From Thermoplasmata archaeon (GTDB lineage: Archaea > Thermoplasmatota > Thermoplasmata > Halarchaeoplasmatales > Halarchaeoplasmataceae), in contig JAFDUB010000003.1 of assembly GCA_019594025.1 (NCBI GenBank), forward strand, positions 1 to 35,021: a stretch of DNA of 35,021 bases, in the 5' to 3' direction. Below are positions 27,408-35,021 of the stretch, one piece after another (position 1 is the first letter of the stretch; each line of letters opens with the position of its first letter). The notes under the pieces were generated by a model, which saw only the letters and a list, made by a program, of their open reading frames with translations, searched no databases and was not told the origin of the DNA. The translations under genes were made by a program, and so were the position numbers.

Positions 27408-28486
27408 AGCCCTGCTACTTCTTCTATGGCATCGGTGAGCTCTTTTACATCCTCTACGGAGTGCTCTCCCATGTGACCGATACGGAAGGTCTTTTCTTTC
27501 AGCTGTTTTCCATATCCATTCGAGAAGAGGATACCGTATTTCTCATCGATCTCCTGACGGAGTTCATTTATGTTCAATCCCTGGGTGTTTTTGATCGTAC
27601 TGACTGTTTGTGACCCGTAACCTGCTTCTGGGAACATCTCGAAGTGTTTTTTAGCCCATTTTTGGGTGTACTCCGCCATATCTTTGTGCCTTTGATCTCT
27701 CGCTTTATGGCCTTCTTCAAGCATGCGTTCCATCTGTTTTCTGTAAGCAAGCATCAATGAGATTGCCGGAGTGGAGTGGGTTTGACCTTTCTTGTTATAG
27801 TAATCTATGTTCCTTTGGAAACCTGCATACCATGAAGCAGAATCTGAGTTTGCCTCTCGCTCGTATGCCTTATCATTTACCACGCAAACAGCTAATCCTG
27901 GAGGCATGGCAAAGGCCTTCTGCACGGAGGTGAATATGACATCGATATTGCTTCCTTCTATGTCTATGTAATCCCCTCCTAATGCGGATATTGCGTCCAC
28001 TATGAATAAAGTGTCCGGGAAGTCTTTCATTACCTCTCCTATCTCCTCTAGTGGATTTCTTATACCGGTGGATGTCTCGTTCATTACACAGGTGAAGGCG
28101 TCGTAGTCTTTTTTCTCCAATGCCTCCCTCACATCTTTCGGTTTCACCGCTTTACCCCATTCATACTCCAGTCTATCGACGTTTTTTCCAAGACGTTCTG
28201 CGATATCCGCCTGCCTTTGAGAAAAACTTCCGCAGGTCGAACAAAGAACTCTGTCGTCGACGCAATTCATTATGGAGCTCTCCATGAAGAGCGTGCCGGA
28301 TGTGGACAGAATTATTACGTCGTTCTCAGTACCGAGAAACTTTTTAGTGTCCTCGGTCATAGTAGTGAACAACTCAGTCATCGTTGGAGAACGGTGACCG
28401 AACATCCATGCTTCCATTTCATCTATTATTTCCTTCTTGACCTCAGTGGGTCCCGGGATGAATAATTTCGTGTGTTTATCTTTCAC
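27404..28486 (-). CDS. Class V PLP aminotransferase (serine-pyruvate/phosphoserine aminotransferase-like)
   Basis: 'LFIPGPT', 'GHRS', 'NETSTG', 'VDAIS', 'SVQKAFAMPPG' (PLP Lys intact), 'FRIGHMG'; GTG 28486 after GGTGG RBS (ORF track start 28507). Confidence 0.88.
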   Translation of the reverse strand: MKDKHTKLFIPGPTEVKKEIIDEMEAWMFGHRSPTMTELFTTMTEDTKKFLGTENDVIILSTSGTLFMESSIMNCVDDRVLCSTCGSFSQRQADIAERLGKNVDRLEYEWGKAVKPKDVREALEKKDYDAFTCVMNETSTGIRNPLEEIGEVMKDFPDTLFIVDAISALGGDYIDIEGSNIDVIFTSVQKAFAMPPGLAVCVVNDKAYEREANSDSASWYAGFQRNIDYYNKKGQTHSTPAISLMLAYRKQMERMLEEGHKARDQRHKDMAEYTQKWAKKHFEMFPEAGYGSQTVSTIKNTQGLNINELRQEIDEKYGILFSNGYGKQLKEKTFRIGHMGEHSVEDVKELTDAIEEVAGL

Positions 28487-28600
28487 ATACACCACCTGAT
28501 TCGGCATACAAAGATAATGTATATAATGGTTGTGTTTTTTCGAATCAAGTCCAACACATTTTTATATCTCACATACCTCCCTTTGTATTGGTGGAAACCC

Positions 28601-29383
28601 ATAAGCGAAATAACTAAAACAATATCTGATACCGCCTATAAAGCATACGAAAGAAAGCTGTTTAGGGAAATCAAATCAAAGGGAATCATCCCTACACATA
28701 TAGCAGTGATAATGGACGGTAACAGGCGGTTCGCTAAACAGTTGGGCTTGGACGAGAATATGGGCCACATCAAAGGGAAAGATAAGTTGGAAGAAATGCT
28801 GGGGTGGTGCCTCGAACTGGATATAAAGATACTAACTGTCTATGCCTTTTCTACCGAAAATATATCTCGTGATTCTGAGCAAGTGGAAAAACTGATGGAC
28901 CTTTTTGAAGATAACTTTAGAAAGGCGGCTGAAGACGAAAGAGTTCATAAAAATCGTGTAAAAATAAAAGCTATAGGCGCTCTTGAAAAATTGCCCGAGA
29001 GAGTGAAAGAGTCTATCAGGTATGCGGAGGAGAAAACCAAAGATTACAGCGATTATCACTTCAATATCGCGGTCGCATACGGTGGTCGAGAAGAACTACT
29101 CCAAGCTATCCAGAGGGTAGCGAAAGATGTTAAAAAAGGAGTTATCGAAGTTGAAGACATAAACGAAAAAACGGTGGCGGAAAGGCTCTACACCTCGGAC
29201 CTTCCCGATCCGGACTTGATACTGCGTACCAGCGGTGAGGAAAGGATTTCAAATTTTCTCATATGGCAGTTGGCGTACTCCGAGCTTTACTTCACCGACG
29301 TGTACTGGCCCGGCTTCAGAAAGATTGATTTTTTGAGAGCTATAAGGTCTTATCAGAGCAGACAAAGGAGGTGGGGTGAATGA
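28601..29383 (+). CDS. uppS: cis-prenyltransferase (polyprenyl diphosphate synthase)
   Basis: 'HIAVIMDGNRR', 'YAFSTEN', 'YGGR.E', 'PDLILRTSGE.RISNF', 'R.RRWG'; start uncertain (ATA 28601 or TTG 28583). Confidence 0.93.
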   Translation: MSEITKTISDTAYKAYERKLFREIKSKGIIPTHIAVIMDGNRRFAKQLGLDENMGHIKGKDKLEEMLGWCLELDIKILTVYAFSTENISRDSEQVEKLMDLFEDNFRKAAEDERVHKNRVKIKAIGALEKLPERVKESIRYAEEKTKDYSDYHFNIAVAYGGREELLQAIQRVAKDVKKGVIEVEDINEKTVAERLYTSDLPDPDLILRTSGEERISNFLIWQLAYSELYFTDVYWPGFRKIDFLRAIRSYQSRQRRWGE

Positions 29384-29544
29384 AGATGACCTATATACAG
29401 ATGATTCTTATATTCATCTTTGTAGCACTCATTTTTTTTTCCATCAATATATACTACCCTGAAAGAGGGCCGTGGGTAACCATGGGTGTAATGATCACTA
29501 TCTTCGTCGCCTTTAAAACATATCAATATACGAAGAAGCAGTAA
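29380..29544 (+). CDS. Small 54-aa two-TM membrane protein (below the ORF-track cutoff)
   Basis: MKMTYIQMILIFIFVALIFFSINIYYPERGPWVTMGVMITIFVAFKTYQYTKKQ*; ATGA overlap with the uppS stop; GGAGGTGG RBS. Confidence 0.6.
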   Translation: MKMTYIQMILIFIFVALIFFSINIYYPERGPWVTMGVMITIFVAFKTYQYTKKQ

Positions 29545-29660
29545 GAGAGTTGAGTATCCCGTTGACACTTTTTCATAGTCCAAGTTATGTACGATATAAT
29601 CTAGCGGGTGTTACCAAAAATCCTTATGGATTTTTCCCTACCACGTTCAAACAAGTTGAA

Positions 29661-29735
29661 CGGGCGTGAGGGGATTCGAACCCCCGATTTACAGCTTAGG
29701 AGGCTGTCGCCATATCCAGACTTGGCCACACGCCC
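29661..29735 (-). tRNA. tRNA-Arg(CCT)
   Basis: GGGCGTG/CACGCCC acceptor stem, ACAGC-CTCCTAA-GCTGT anticodon arm, GTTCGAATC T-loop; no encoded CCA. Confidence 0.95.
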
Positions 29736-29789
29736 AGATTGTTCAGTGTCGGTCTAGTCTGGTTAAAGGAGGAATCCGTTATTCCTGCG

Positions 29790-29819
29790 CATATCCAGAC
29801 TTGGCCACACGCCCAGATT
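29790..29819 (-). repeat. Exact 30-bp copy of the tRNA-Arg 5' end plus 5 nt of leader
   Basis: catatccagacttggccacacgcccagatt at 29711-29740 and 29790-29819. Confidence 0.9.
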
Positions 29820-29843
29820 CAAATGGGCGAAAAATGATGTTAG

Positions 29844-29917
29844 TGGGCCCGACCGGATTTGAACCGGCGACCATCTGGTTATGAGCCAGACGCTCCACCT
29901 GACTAAGCTACGGGCCC
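29844..29917 (-). tRNA. tRNA with CAT anticodon, most likely tRNA-Ile2 (agmatidine type) rather than Met
   Basis: GGGCCCG/CGGGCCC acceptor (GGGCCC start typical of archaeal Ile tRNAs), TCTGG-CTCATAA-CCAGA, A73; lacks initiator A1-U72 and the three G-C anticodon pairs. Confidence 0.88.
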
Positions 29918-29946
29918 ATTATGCCCGTGGTATTATCTAGGTATTG

Positions 29947-29954
29947 TATATAAG
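29947..29954 (-). promoter_or_regulatory. TATA box for tRNA(CAT)
   Basis: CTTATATA on the minus strand about 30 nt upstream of the tRNA 5' end. Confidence 0.6.
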
Positions 29955-29959
29955 GTTGA

Positions 29960-30054
29960 TGGGCCGAGGCGGAATTGAACCGCCGATCTTCGCCTTTCTG
30001 ACCGTATTTACTACGGTTGTAAGGGCGACGTCATGACCCCTAGACCACCGGCCC
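29960..30054 (-). tRNA. tRNA-Val(TAC) with a 22-nt intron at position 37/38 (intron 29996-30017)
   Basis: GGGCCGG/TCGGCCC acceptor; TCGCC-CTTACA|ACCGTAGTAAATACGGTCAGAA|A-GGCGA; 73 nt after intron removal; bulge-helix-bulge geometry. Confidence 0.92.
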
Positions 30055-30111
30055 ATGAAGGAGTGCAGCGTGTGAATGGGCAGGGGTGAGTTGGAAGCTT
30101 TGCTTCCGATG

Positions 30112-30126
30112 GACCACCGGCCCATG
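30112..30126 (-). repeat. Exact 15-bp copy of the tRNA-Val 5' end plus 3 nt of leader
   Basis: gaccaccggcccatg at 30043-30057 and 30112-30126. Confidence 0.85.
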
Positions 30127-30312
30127 GGAGAATAGTTACAGGCGAATAGGCGTATGTAAGTATTCAAGTATGGTGACCTTACTTTCGTGTAAGATAACAC
30201 CTGAGCGGAAATCGTCAGTGTTATGTTTTATATTTAATCCTTTTGACATGTCCGTGCACTTCTCTACAAAAAATAATTATAGGTGTCCCTGATACAGACT
30301 TGGTGCTTTTAA

Positions 30313-30873
30313 ATGATAGAGATTCGGTTTCACGGAAGAGGTGGACAAGGTGCGGTAACAGCGTCCGAGTTCCTGGCCCGGGCTGCGTTTTTGGAAGGGA
30401 ACGACGTCCAGTCGTTTCCAATGTATGGAGTAGAAAGAAGAGGTGCCCCGGTGACCGCCTTCACTAGGATCGATAGTAAAGCGGTTAGGAACAAGGCACA
30501 GATCCACGAGCCAGACATAGTTATCGTTATGGACATGGCTCTACTGGACGCTGTGGATGTTACTGCAGGGCTCAAGCCAGACGGAAAAGTGATCCTCAAC
30601 ACGGAGAAGGCTCCGGATGAAATTGATCTTGGAGTCGATAATCCGATATACACAGTGGATGCCAGCAGTATTGCGGTAGAGCATAGATTGGGTTCTAAGG
30701 TGGCCCCCATCGTGAACACTGCCATACTCGGCGCCATCACAAGGGCTACGGGGATAGTAGATATAGAAACGCTGGTGGATGTTGTACGCAACAACGCACC
30801 GGCAAAAAAAGAAGAGAACGCAAAAGCCACCAAACAAGCTTATAATGAGGTAAGAGGTGAAGACCTTGAGTGA
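30313..30873 (+). CDS. porG: Pyruvate/2-ketoisovalerate:ferredoxin oxidoreductase gamma subunit
   Basis: '[16 protein letters not shown]', '[10 protein letters not shown]', 'NTAILGA'. Confidence 0.93.
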
Positions 30874-31177
30874 AGAAGAAGTTTTTAGAATAGTTATTGA
30901 TCCAAAGGACCATAGAGACCTACCGAGAGCGGTTATAACTGACTGCCCCTCTCATCTTATGACGAAGACTGGAAGTTGGAGGACACTCAGACCTATTGTG
31001 GATCTGGAGAAGTGCATTAAGTGCGGTATCTGCTGGAAATTCTGCCCCGATGTATCCATTCACGTTGAAGAGGAAGGAGCAGTAGTTGATTACGACTTCT
31101 GTAAAGGATGTGGAATATGTGCTAAGGAATGTCCTGTAGATGCCATCGAGATGAAAAAGGAGGCAGACTATGTCTGA
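30866..31177 (+). CDS. porD: 2-oxoacid:ferredoxin oxidoreductase delta subunit (2x[4Fe-4S])
   Basis: 'KTGSWR..RP', two CxxCxxCxxxCP motifs; TTG 30866 after GAGGTGA RBS (ORF track start 30857). Confidence 0.92.
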   Translation: MSEEEVFRIVIDPKDHRDLPRAVITDCPSHLMTKTGSWRTLRPIVDLEKCIKCGICWKFCPDVSIHVEEEGAVVDYDFCKGCGICAKECPVDAIEMKKEADYV

Positions 31178-32363
31178 AATGAAGATCGTATCAGGTAACT
31201 TCGCTGCAGCATACGGTGCTAAACTTTCTAGGGTAGAGGTAGTGGCAGCCTATCCTATCACCCCTCAGACCGAAGTTGTAGAGAAGATAGCGGAGCTGGT
31301 AGCAGAAGGCGAGATGGACTCGGAATACATCAAAGTAGAAAGCGAACACTCGGCAATGGCCGCCTGCATAGCTGCAGCAAACGCCGGTGCAAGGGCTTAT
31401 ACAGCGTCCTCTGCACATGGACTGGCACTAATGCATGAGTTGTTAATCTGGGCCGCCGGTGCAAGGCTACCCGTGGTCATGACCAATATAAATCGAGCCA
31501 TGGGTCCACCCTGGAGCGTATGGGCTGACCATCACGACACCCTGGCCCAAAAAGGAACCGGCCAGCTTCAATTTTTCTGTGAAAATAATCAAGAAGTTCT
31601 GGACAGCGTCATAATGGCTTACAAGATATGTGAAGACGAAGAGATTATGCTGCCGGCAATGGTCGTTGAAGACGCTTTCATCCTTAGCCATACAAAAGAG
31701 CCGGTGGAGATCTACGATCAAGAACTAGTAGATGAATTCTTACCTCCCTATGACCCCGATTACAAACTGGATGTAGATCAACCTCTAGGTTTCGGCTCGT
31801 TGGGTATGCCAGATTGGTACATGGACTTTAGGTACAAGATAGCAGAGGCCTTCGAAAAGGCTCCGGATAAGATAGAAAAGGTGAACAAAGAATTCAAAGA
31901 AACCTTCGGCAGAGATCCCGGTGGACTTATAGAGGAATATAGGACAGACGGAGTGGATGTTCTTATCGTCACCATGGGATCGATATCTAGTACATCACAG
32001 GATGTAATCGACGAACTGAGAGACGAAGGACATAATGTAGGCCTTGCTAGGCTGCGTACTTTCCGTCCGTTCCCAGTTGACAAATTCAGAGAGCTCACAA
32101 AGAATGTGAACGTTGTAGGTGTTCTAGACAGGAGTTATACATTCGGACACGGAGGAGACGCTGCTAGAGAGATAAAGGATGCTCTCTACGGACACAACGA
32201 CGTGATCATAAAGGACTATATAGTCGGATTAGGAGGTAGAGACCTGACTCCCAAGATACTGAAGAACGTGATGCTTGACGCGATCTCCCTTCAGGATAAA
32301 GGACTAGGCAAGGAGATCGAATGGGTCGACCTTAGAATAAACCAACATAAATGGAGGCGATGA
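31170..32363 (+). CDS. porA: Pyruvate/2-oxoacid:ferredoxin oxidoreductase alpha subunit
   Basis: 'AAYPITPQT', 'VESEHSAM', 'FRPFP', 'GLGGRD'. Confidence 0.93.
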   Translation: MSEMKIVSGNFAAAYGAKLSRVEVVAAYPITPQTEVVEKIAELVAEGEMDSEYIKVESEHSAMAACIAAANAGARAYTASSAHGLALMHELLIWAAGARLPVVMTNINRAMGPPWSVWADHHDTLAQKGTGQLQFFCENNQEVLDSVIMAYKICEDEEIMLPAMVVEDAFILSHTKEPVEIYDQELVDEFLPPYDPDYKLDVDQPLGFGSLGMPDWYMDFRYKIAEAFEKAPDKIEKVNKEFKETFGRDPGGLIEEYRTDGVDVLIVTMGSISSTSQDVIDELRDEGHNVGLARLRTFRPFPVDKFRELTKNVNVVGVLDRSYTFGHGGDAAREIKDALYGHNDVIIKDYIVGLGGRDLTPKILKNVMLDAISLQDKGLGKEIEWVDLRINQHKWRR

Positions 32364-33262
32364 ATATGGCAAAAGTACCAGATGTCGAATTGATGAACAA
32401 AGGAACAACGGCCTGCCCGGGTTGTGGAGCGGCACACGCAATGAGGTACACGCTCAAGGCATTGGGCAGGGATACAATAATAAACATACCCGCATGCTGC
32501 TGGGCGGTAATACCGGGTGTGTATCCCTCTAGAAATCTGGAGATACCACTACTCTACACCGCTTTCGAGGCCACCGGTGCCGCCTCTTCAGGAGTAAGAG
32601 CGGCGTTGAATGCAAAGGGTATAGATCCCCGGGAAATCACCGTAGTAGGTTTCGCCGGTGACGGTGGCACGGCGGATATAGGGATACAGGCACTTTCAGG
32701 ATGCTTAGAACGAGGTACCGATACCATTCAGATTATGTACGATAACGAGGCGTACATGAATACAGGTATTCAAAGAAGCGGTGAAACACCCTACGGCGCA
32801 TGGACCACTACAACCCCTGTTGGAAGCCAAAAGGCGTGGAAAAAGAATCCTAAGAAGAACATGATGGAGATAGTTAAAGCCCACGGTTCACCCTATGCGG
32901 CTACGGTAAGCATAGGCCACCCTGAGTCAATGATAGAGAAAATACAGAAAGCGAAGGAGATACCCGGACCTAAGTTCATTCATATTTATGCCCCGTGTCC
33001 AACCGGATGGAGGTCGGATCCCTCGAACACCATAGAACTCTGCCGTTTGGCGGTGGACAGCTGCGTGTTCCCACTGTACGAAATTGAGAACGGTAAATAC
33101 AACATATACAAGAAGCCAAAGAAGAAGATACCTGTAAGAGACTATCTGAAACTTCAGGGTAGATTCAGACATCTTCCTGAAGAAGAGGTAGAAAAGATAC
33201 AGGGGAATGTTGACAAGGAATGGGAACTTCTGCTTAAAAAAGAAGAGATCACCAGTGAGTAG
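32351..33262 (+). CDS. porB: Pyruvate/2-oxoacid:ferredoxin oxidoreductase beta subunit
   Basis: 'ACPGCG', TPP motif 'GDGGT.DIG...DNEAYMNTG.QRS', 'PCPTGW', 'QGRFRHL'; real start probably a few codons downstream, after GGAGG. Confidence 0.93.
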   Translation: MEAMNMAKVPDVELMNKGTTACPGCGAAHAMRYTLKALGRDTIINIPACCWAVIPGVYPSRNLEIPLLYTAFEATGAASSGVRAALNAKGIDPREITVVGFAGDGGTADIGIQALSGCLERGTDTIQIMYDNEAYMNTGIQRSGETPYGAWTTTTPVGSQKAWKKNPKKNMMEIVKAHGSPYAATVSIGHPESMIEKIQKAKEIPGPKFIHIYAPCPTGWRSDPSNTIELCRLAVDSCVFPLYEIENGKYNIYKKPKKKIPVRDYLKLQGRFRHLPEEEVEKIQGNVDKEWELLLKKEEITSE

Positions 33263-33274
33263 GGGGACGAATAA

Positions 33275-35021
33275 ATGAAAGAACTCCTCAAAGATGAACC
33301 GGGCAAAGAGATTTTACTGTTAGGAAACGAAGCCATAGTACGGGGTGCTTTAGAAGCAGGTATAGGTCACGGGTCCACCTATCCTGGAACACCGTCGTCG
33401 GAAATCGGTAATACCTTGGAAAAAATCGCCAAACAATATGGGATGTACTTCGAGTACTCCGCCAACGAGAAGGTGGCCATGGAAACTGCGGCTGCAGCTG
33501 CAGCCTCTGGAGTCCGTGCTATGGCATGGCTGAAGCACGTAGGTGTTAACGTAGCTGCGGATGCCCTGATGACTCTTATGTACTGCGGAGTCAGGGGTGG
33601 AATGGTTATAGTAGCCGCTGGAGACCCATCCATGCACTCCAGTCAGAACGAACAGGATACTCGTTACTATTCTCAATTGGGGAATATACCTATGTTAGAA
33701 CCGACAAGTCCTCAGGAAGCGAAGGAGATGACGAAGTACGCTTTTGAGCTGTCCGAGAAACTTGAGCTTCCCGTCATGGTGCGTACCACCACTAGGGTGA
33801 ATCATGCCAGAGGTTTAGTCACTTTTGGCGAATTGAAAAAACCCGCAGGTAAAGGGCACTTCGAAAAGGACCCTGGTAGATTCGTAGCGGTACCACAAAA
33901 CGCCCGTAAGAATCATCCCCGTCTGTTAAGGCAGATAGGCAAAGCCGAGCGTTTTTCCGAGAGCTCACCTTTCACAGAACTGATAAAGGTTGACGAACCC
34001 GAACTGCATGTAATAGGAACCGGTGCAGGATTTAACTACATAAACGAGTTAAAAGAACTGTACGACCTGCCTATATCGATACTTAAATTAGGCATGACCC
34101 ATCCCTTCCCGAACGAAGAGGTGGGCTATTTCATCAGAGACGCTGATAGATTACTGGTTGTTGAGGAATTAGAACCCTTTGTGGAAGATAAGGTAACCGC
34201 CATTGCCAAAGAGCATAATCTTTCTCTGGAGATTTACGGTAAACATACCGGGCATTTCTCACGATTGTACGAATACGACCCCGATGTGGTACGAAACGCC
34301 CTCTCCAAATTAATCGATATGCCCCCAGGAAAAGAAGCGTTGGTAGCCGAGGAGTATGACCTTCCATCGAGACCACCTTCTTTATGTCCCGGATGCCCCC
34401 ATAGGGCAACCTATTATGCGGTTAAGAAGGCCCTTGGTAAGAGAGAGGCGGTGTTCTCTAGTGATATAGGCTGTTACACACTTGGAGTTCAAAGCCCCCT
34501 TAATACCGCCGACTTTCTATTGTGTATGGGTTCTAGTGTAGGAGGGGCGGGCGGATTCTCTAAAAACACCGATCAACAGGTGTTCGCCTTCCTTGGTGAT
34601 TCCACCTTTTTCCACTCCGGATTACCGGCATTGGTAAGCGGTGTTTACAACCAGCACGACTTCGTGTACGTGATAATGGACAACCGGACCACCGCCATGA
34701 CCGGACATCAACCACATCCCGGCACAGGAAGAACCGGTATGGGTGACCCTGCGCCTATGGTATCGATCGAAGACCTTGCCAAAGGAGCCGGTGTAGAGTT
34801 CGTGGAAACCGTTGATCCGTACAACATCGAAAAAACAATCGATACGTTCAAAAGAGCCATAGAACACCCAGGTATCTCAGTGGTCGTACCTAAGCATCCA
34901 TGTGTACTAATAGAAAAGAAAAAATCACGGGGAGCGCCGTTACAAGTGGACCAAGATAAATGTAAGCAATGCTATATCTGTACCAATCAATTGGGCTGTA
35001 TAGCGCTGGTTAAAGAGGGAG
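33275..35021 (+). CDS. iorA: Indolepyruvate:ferredoxin oxidoreductase alpha subunit (3'-truncated by window end; absent from the ORF track)
   Basis: Manual translation MKELLKDEPGKEILLLGNEAIVRGALEAG..YPGTPSSEI..NEKVA..KHVGVNVAAD..SSQNEQD..RPPSLCPGCPHR..GDSTFFHSG..C.QC.IC. Confidence 0.95.
   Translation, partial: MKELLKDEPGKEILLLGNEAIVRGALEAGIGHGSTYPGTPSSEIGNTLEKIAKQYGMYFEYSANEKVAMETAAAAAASGVRAMAWLKHVGVNVAADALMTLMYCGVRGGMVIVAAGDPSMHSSQNEQDTRYYSQLGNIPMLEPTSPQEAKEMTKYAFELSEKLELPVMVRTTTRVNHARGLVTFGELKKPAGKGHFEKDPGRFVAVPQNARKNHPRLLRQIGKAERFSESSPFTELIKVDEPELHVIGTGAGFNYINELKELYDLPISILKLGMTHPFPNEEVGYFIRDADRLLVVEELEPFVEDKVTAIAKEHNLSLEIYGKHTGHFSRLYEYDPDVVRNALSKLIDMPPGKEALVAEEYDLPSRPPSLCPGCPHRATYYAVKKALGKREAVFSSDIGCYTLGVQSPLNTADFLLCMGSSVGGAGGFSKNTDQQVFAFLGDSTFFHSGLPALVSGVYNQHDFVYVIMDNRTTAMTGHQPHPGTGRTGMGDPAPMVSIEDLAKGAGVEFVETVDPYNIEKTIDTFKRAIEHPGISVVVPKHPCVLIEKKKSRGAPLQVDQDKCKQCYICTNQLGCIALVKEG

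Noticed and set aside
28472-28582. N-terminal extensions of uppS, the kinase (17489) and tusA (17449) given by the ORF track
   Set aside because: They run through TATA/promoter DNA or overlap divergent genes; downstream starts fit RBS or TATA spacing better
29353-29583. Minus-strand 76-aa ORF
   Set aside because: Antisense to the better-supported 54-aa plus-strand ORF, which has an RBS and a stop/start overlap
29562-29600. TTGACA and TATAAT as a bacterial sigma70 promoter
   Set aside because: Spacer is 27 nt rather than about 17, and the genome is archaeal
29711-29819. 30-bp repeat pair with a 49-bp spacer as a mini CRISPR array
   Set aside because: Only two copies, one is part of a tRNA gene, and there are no cas genes or leader
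29844-29917. Initiator tRNA-Met call
   Set aside because: Lacks A1-U72 and the three consecutive G-C anticodon stem pairs
29666-30292. ORF-track ORFs 29666..29884, 29937..30200 and 30086..30292
   Set aside because: They overlap tRNA genes, their leaders or promoter DNA, and have no protein-like features
33350-34867. Short minus-strand ORFs near the window end
   Set aside because: Antisense shadows of iorA, which the track omitted because its stop is outside the window
1-35021. Prophage, IS element, intact integrative element or defence island
   Set aside because: No integrase, transposase, viral, cas or restriction genes recognised; the DPPY motif at 1021-1032 belongs to a tRNA methyltransferase, not a DNA MTase

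Overview
Gene-dense archaeal chromosomal segment with no transposase, integrase, cas gene or CRISPR array. Archaeal-type LeuRS, TIM, aIF-1A, Trm11, an intron-containing tRNA and a Trm56-HD fusion point to a Thermoplasmatota-like euryarchaeote (inference). It carries housekeeping genes (leuS-glmU-glmS-DUF63, tpiA, pyrC, uppS, an aminotransferase/serA-like/DUF1015 operon), three tRNAs, a por-type operon and a truncated iorA. It also holds a pilin-like gene pair, a CdrS-like regulator lacking its usual ftsZ partner, and an orphan hybrid histidine kinase. Two things stand out. (1) A tusA-dsrE-iscS*-iscU/DUF59-hemerythrin-DUF362 operon whose IscS homologue has lost the PLP Schiff-base Lys and other pocket residues but keeps its active-loop Cys, suggesting Fe-S assembly fed by a persulfide relay rather than by cysteine. 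(2) A repeated leader upstream of tRNA-Arg and tRNA-Val: exact copy of the tRNA 5' end, then a GGAA..TTCC hairpin, then a degenerate antisense copy, then the tRNA. All family assignments come from motif recognition by eye; no searches were run.
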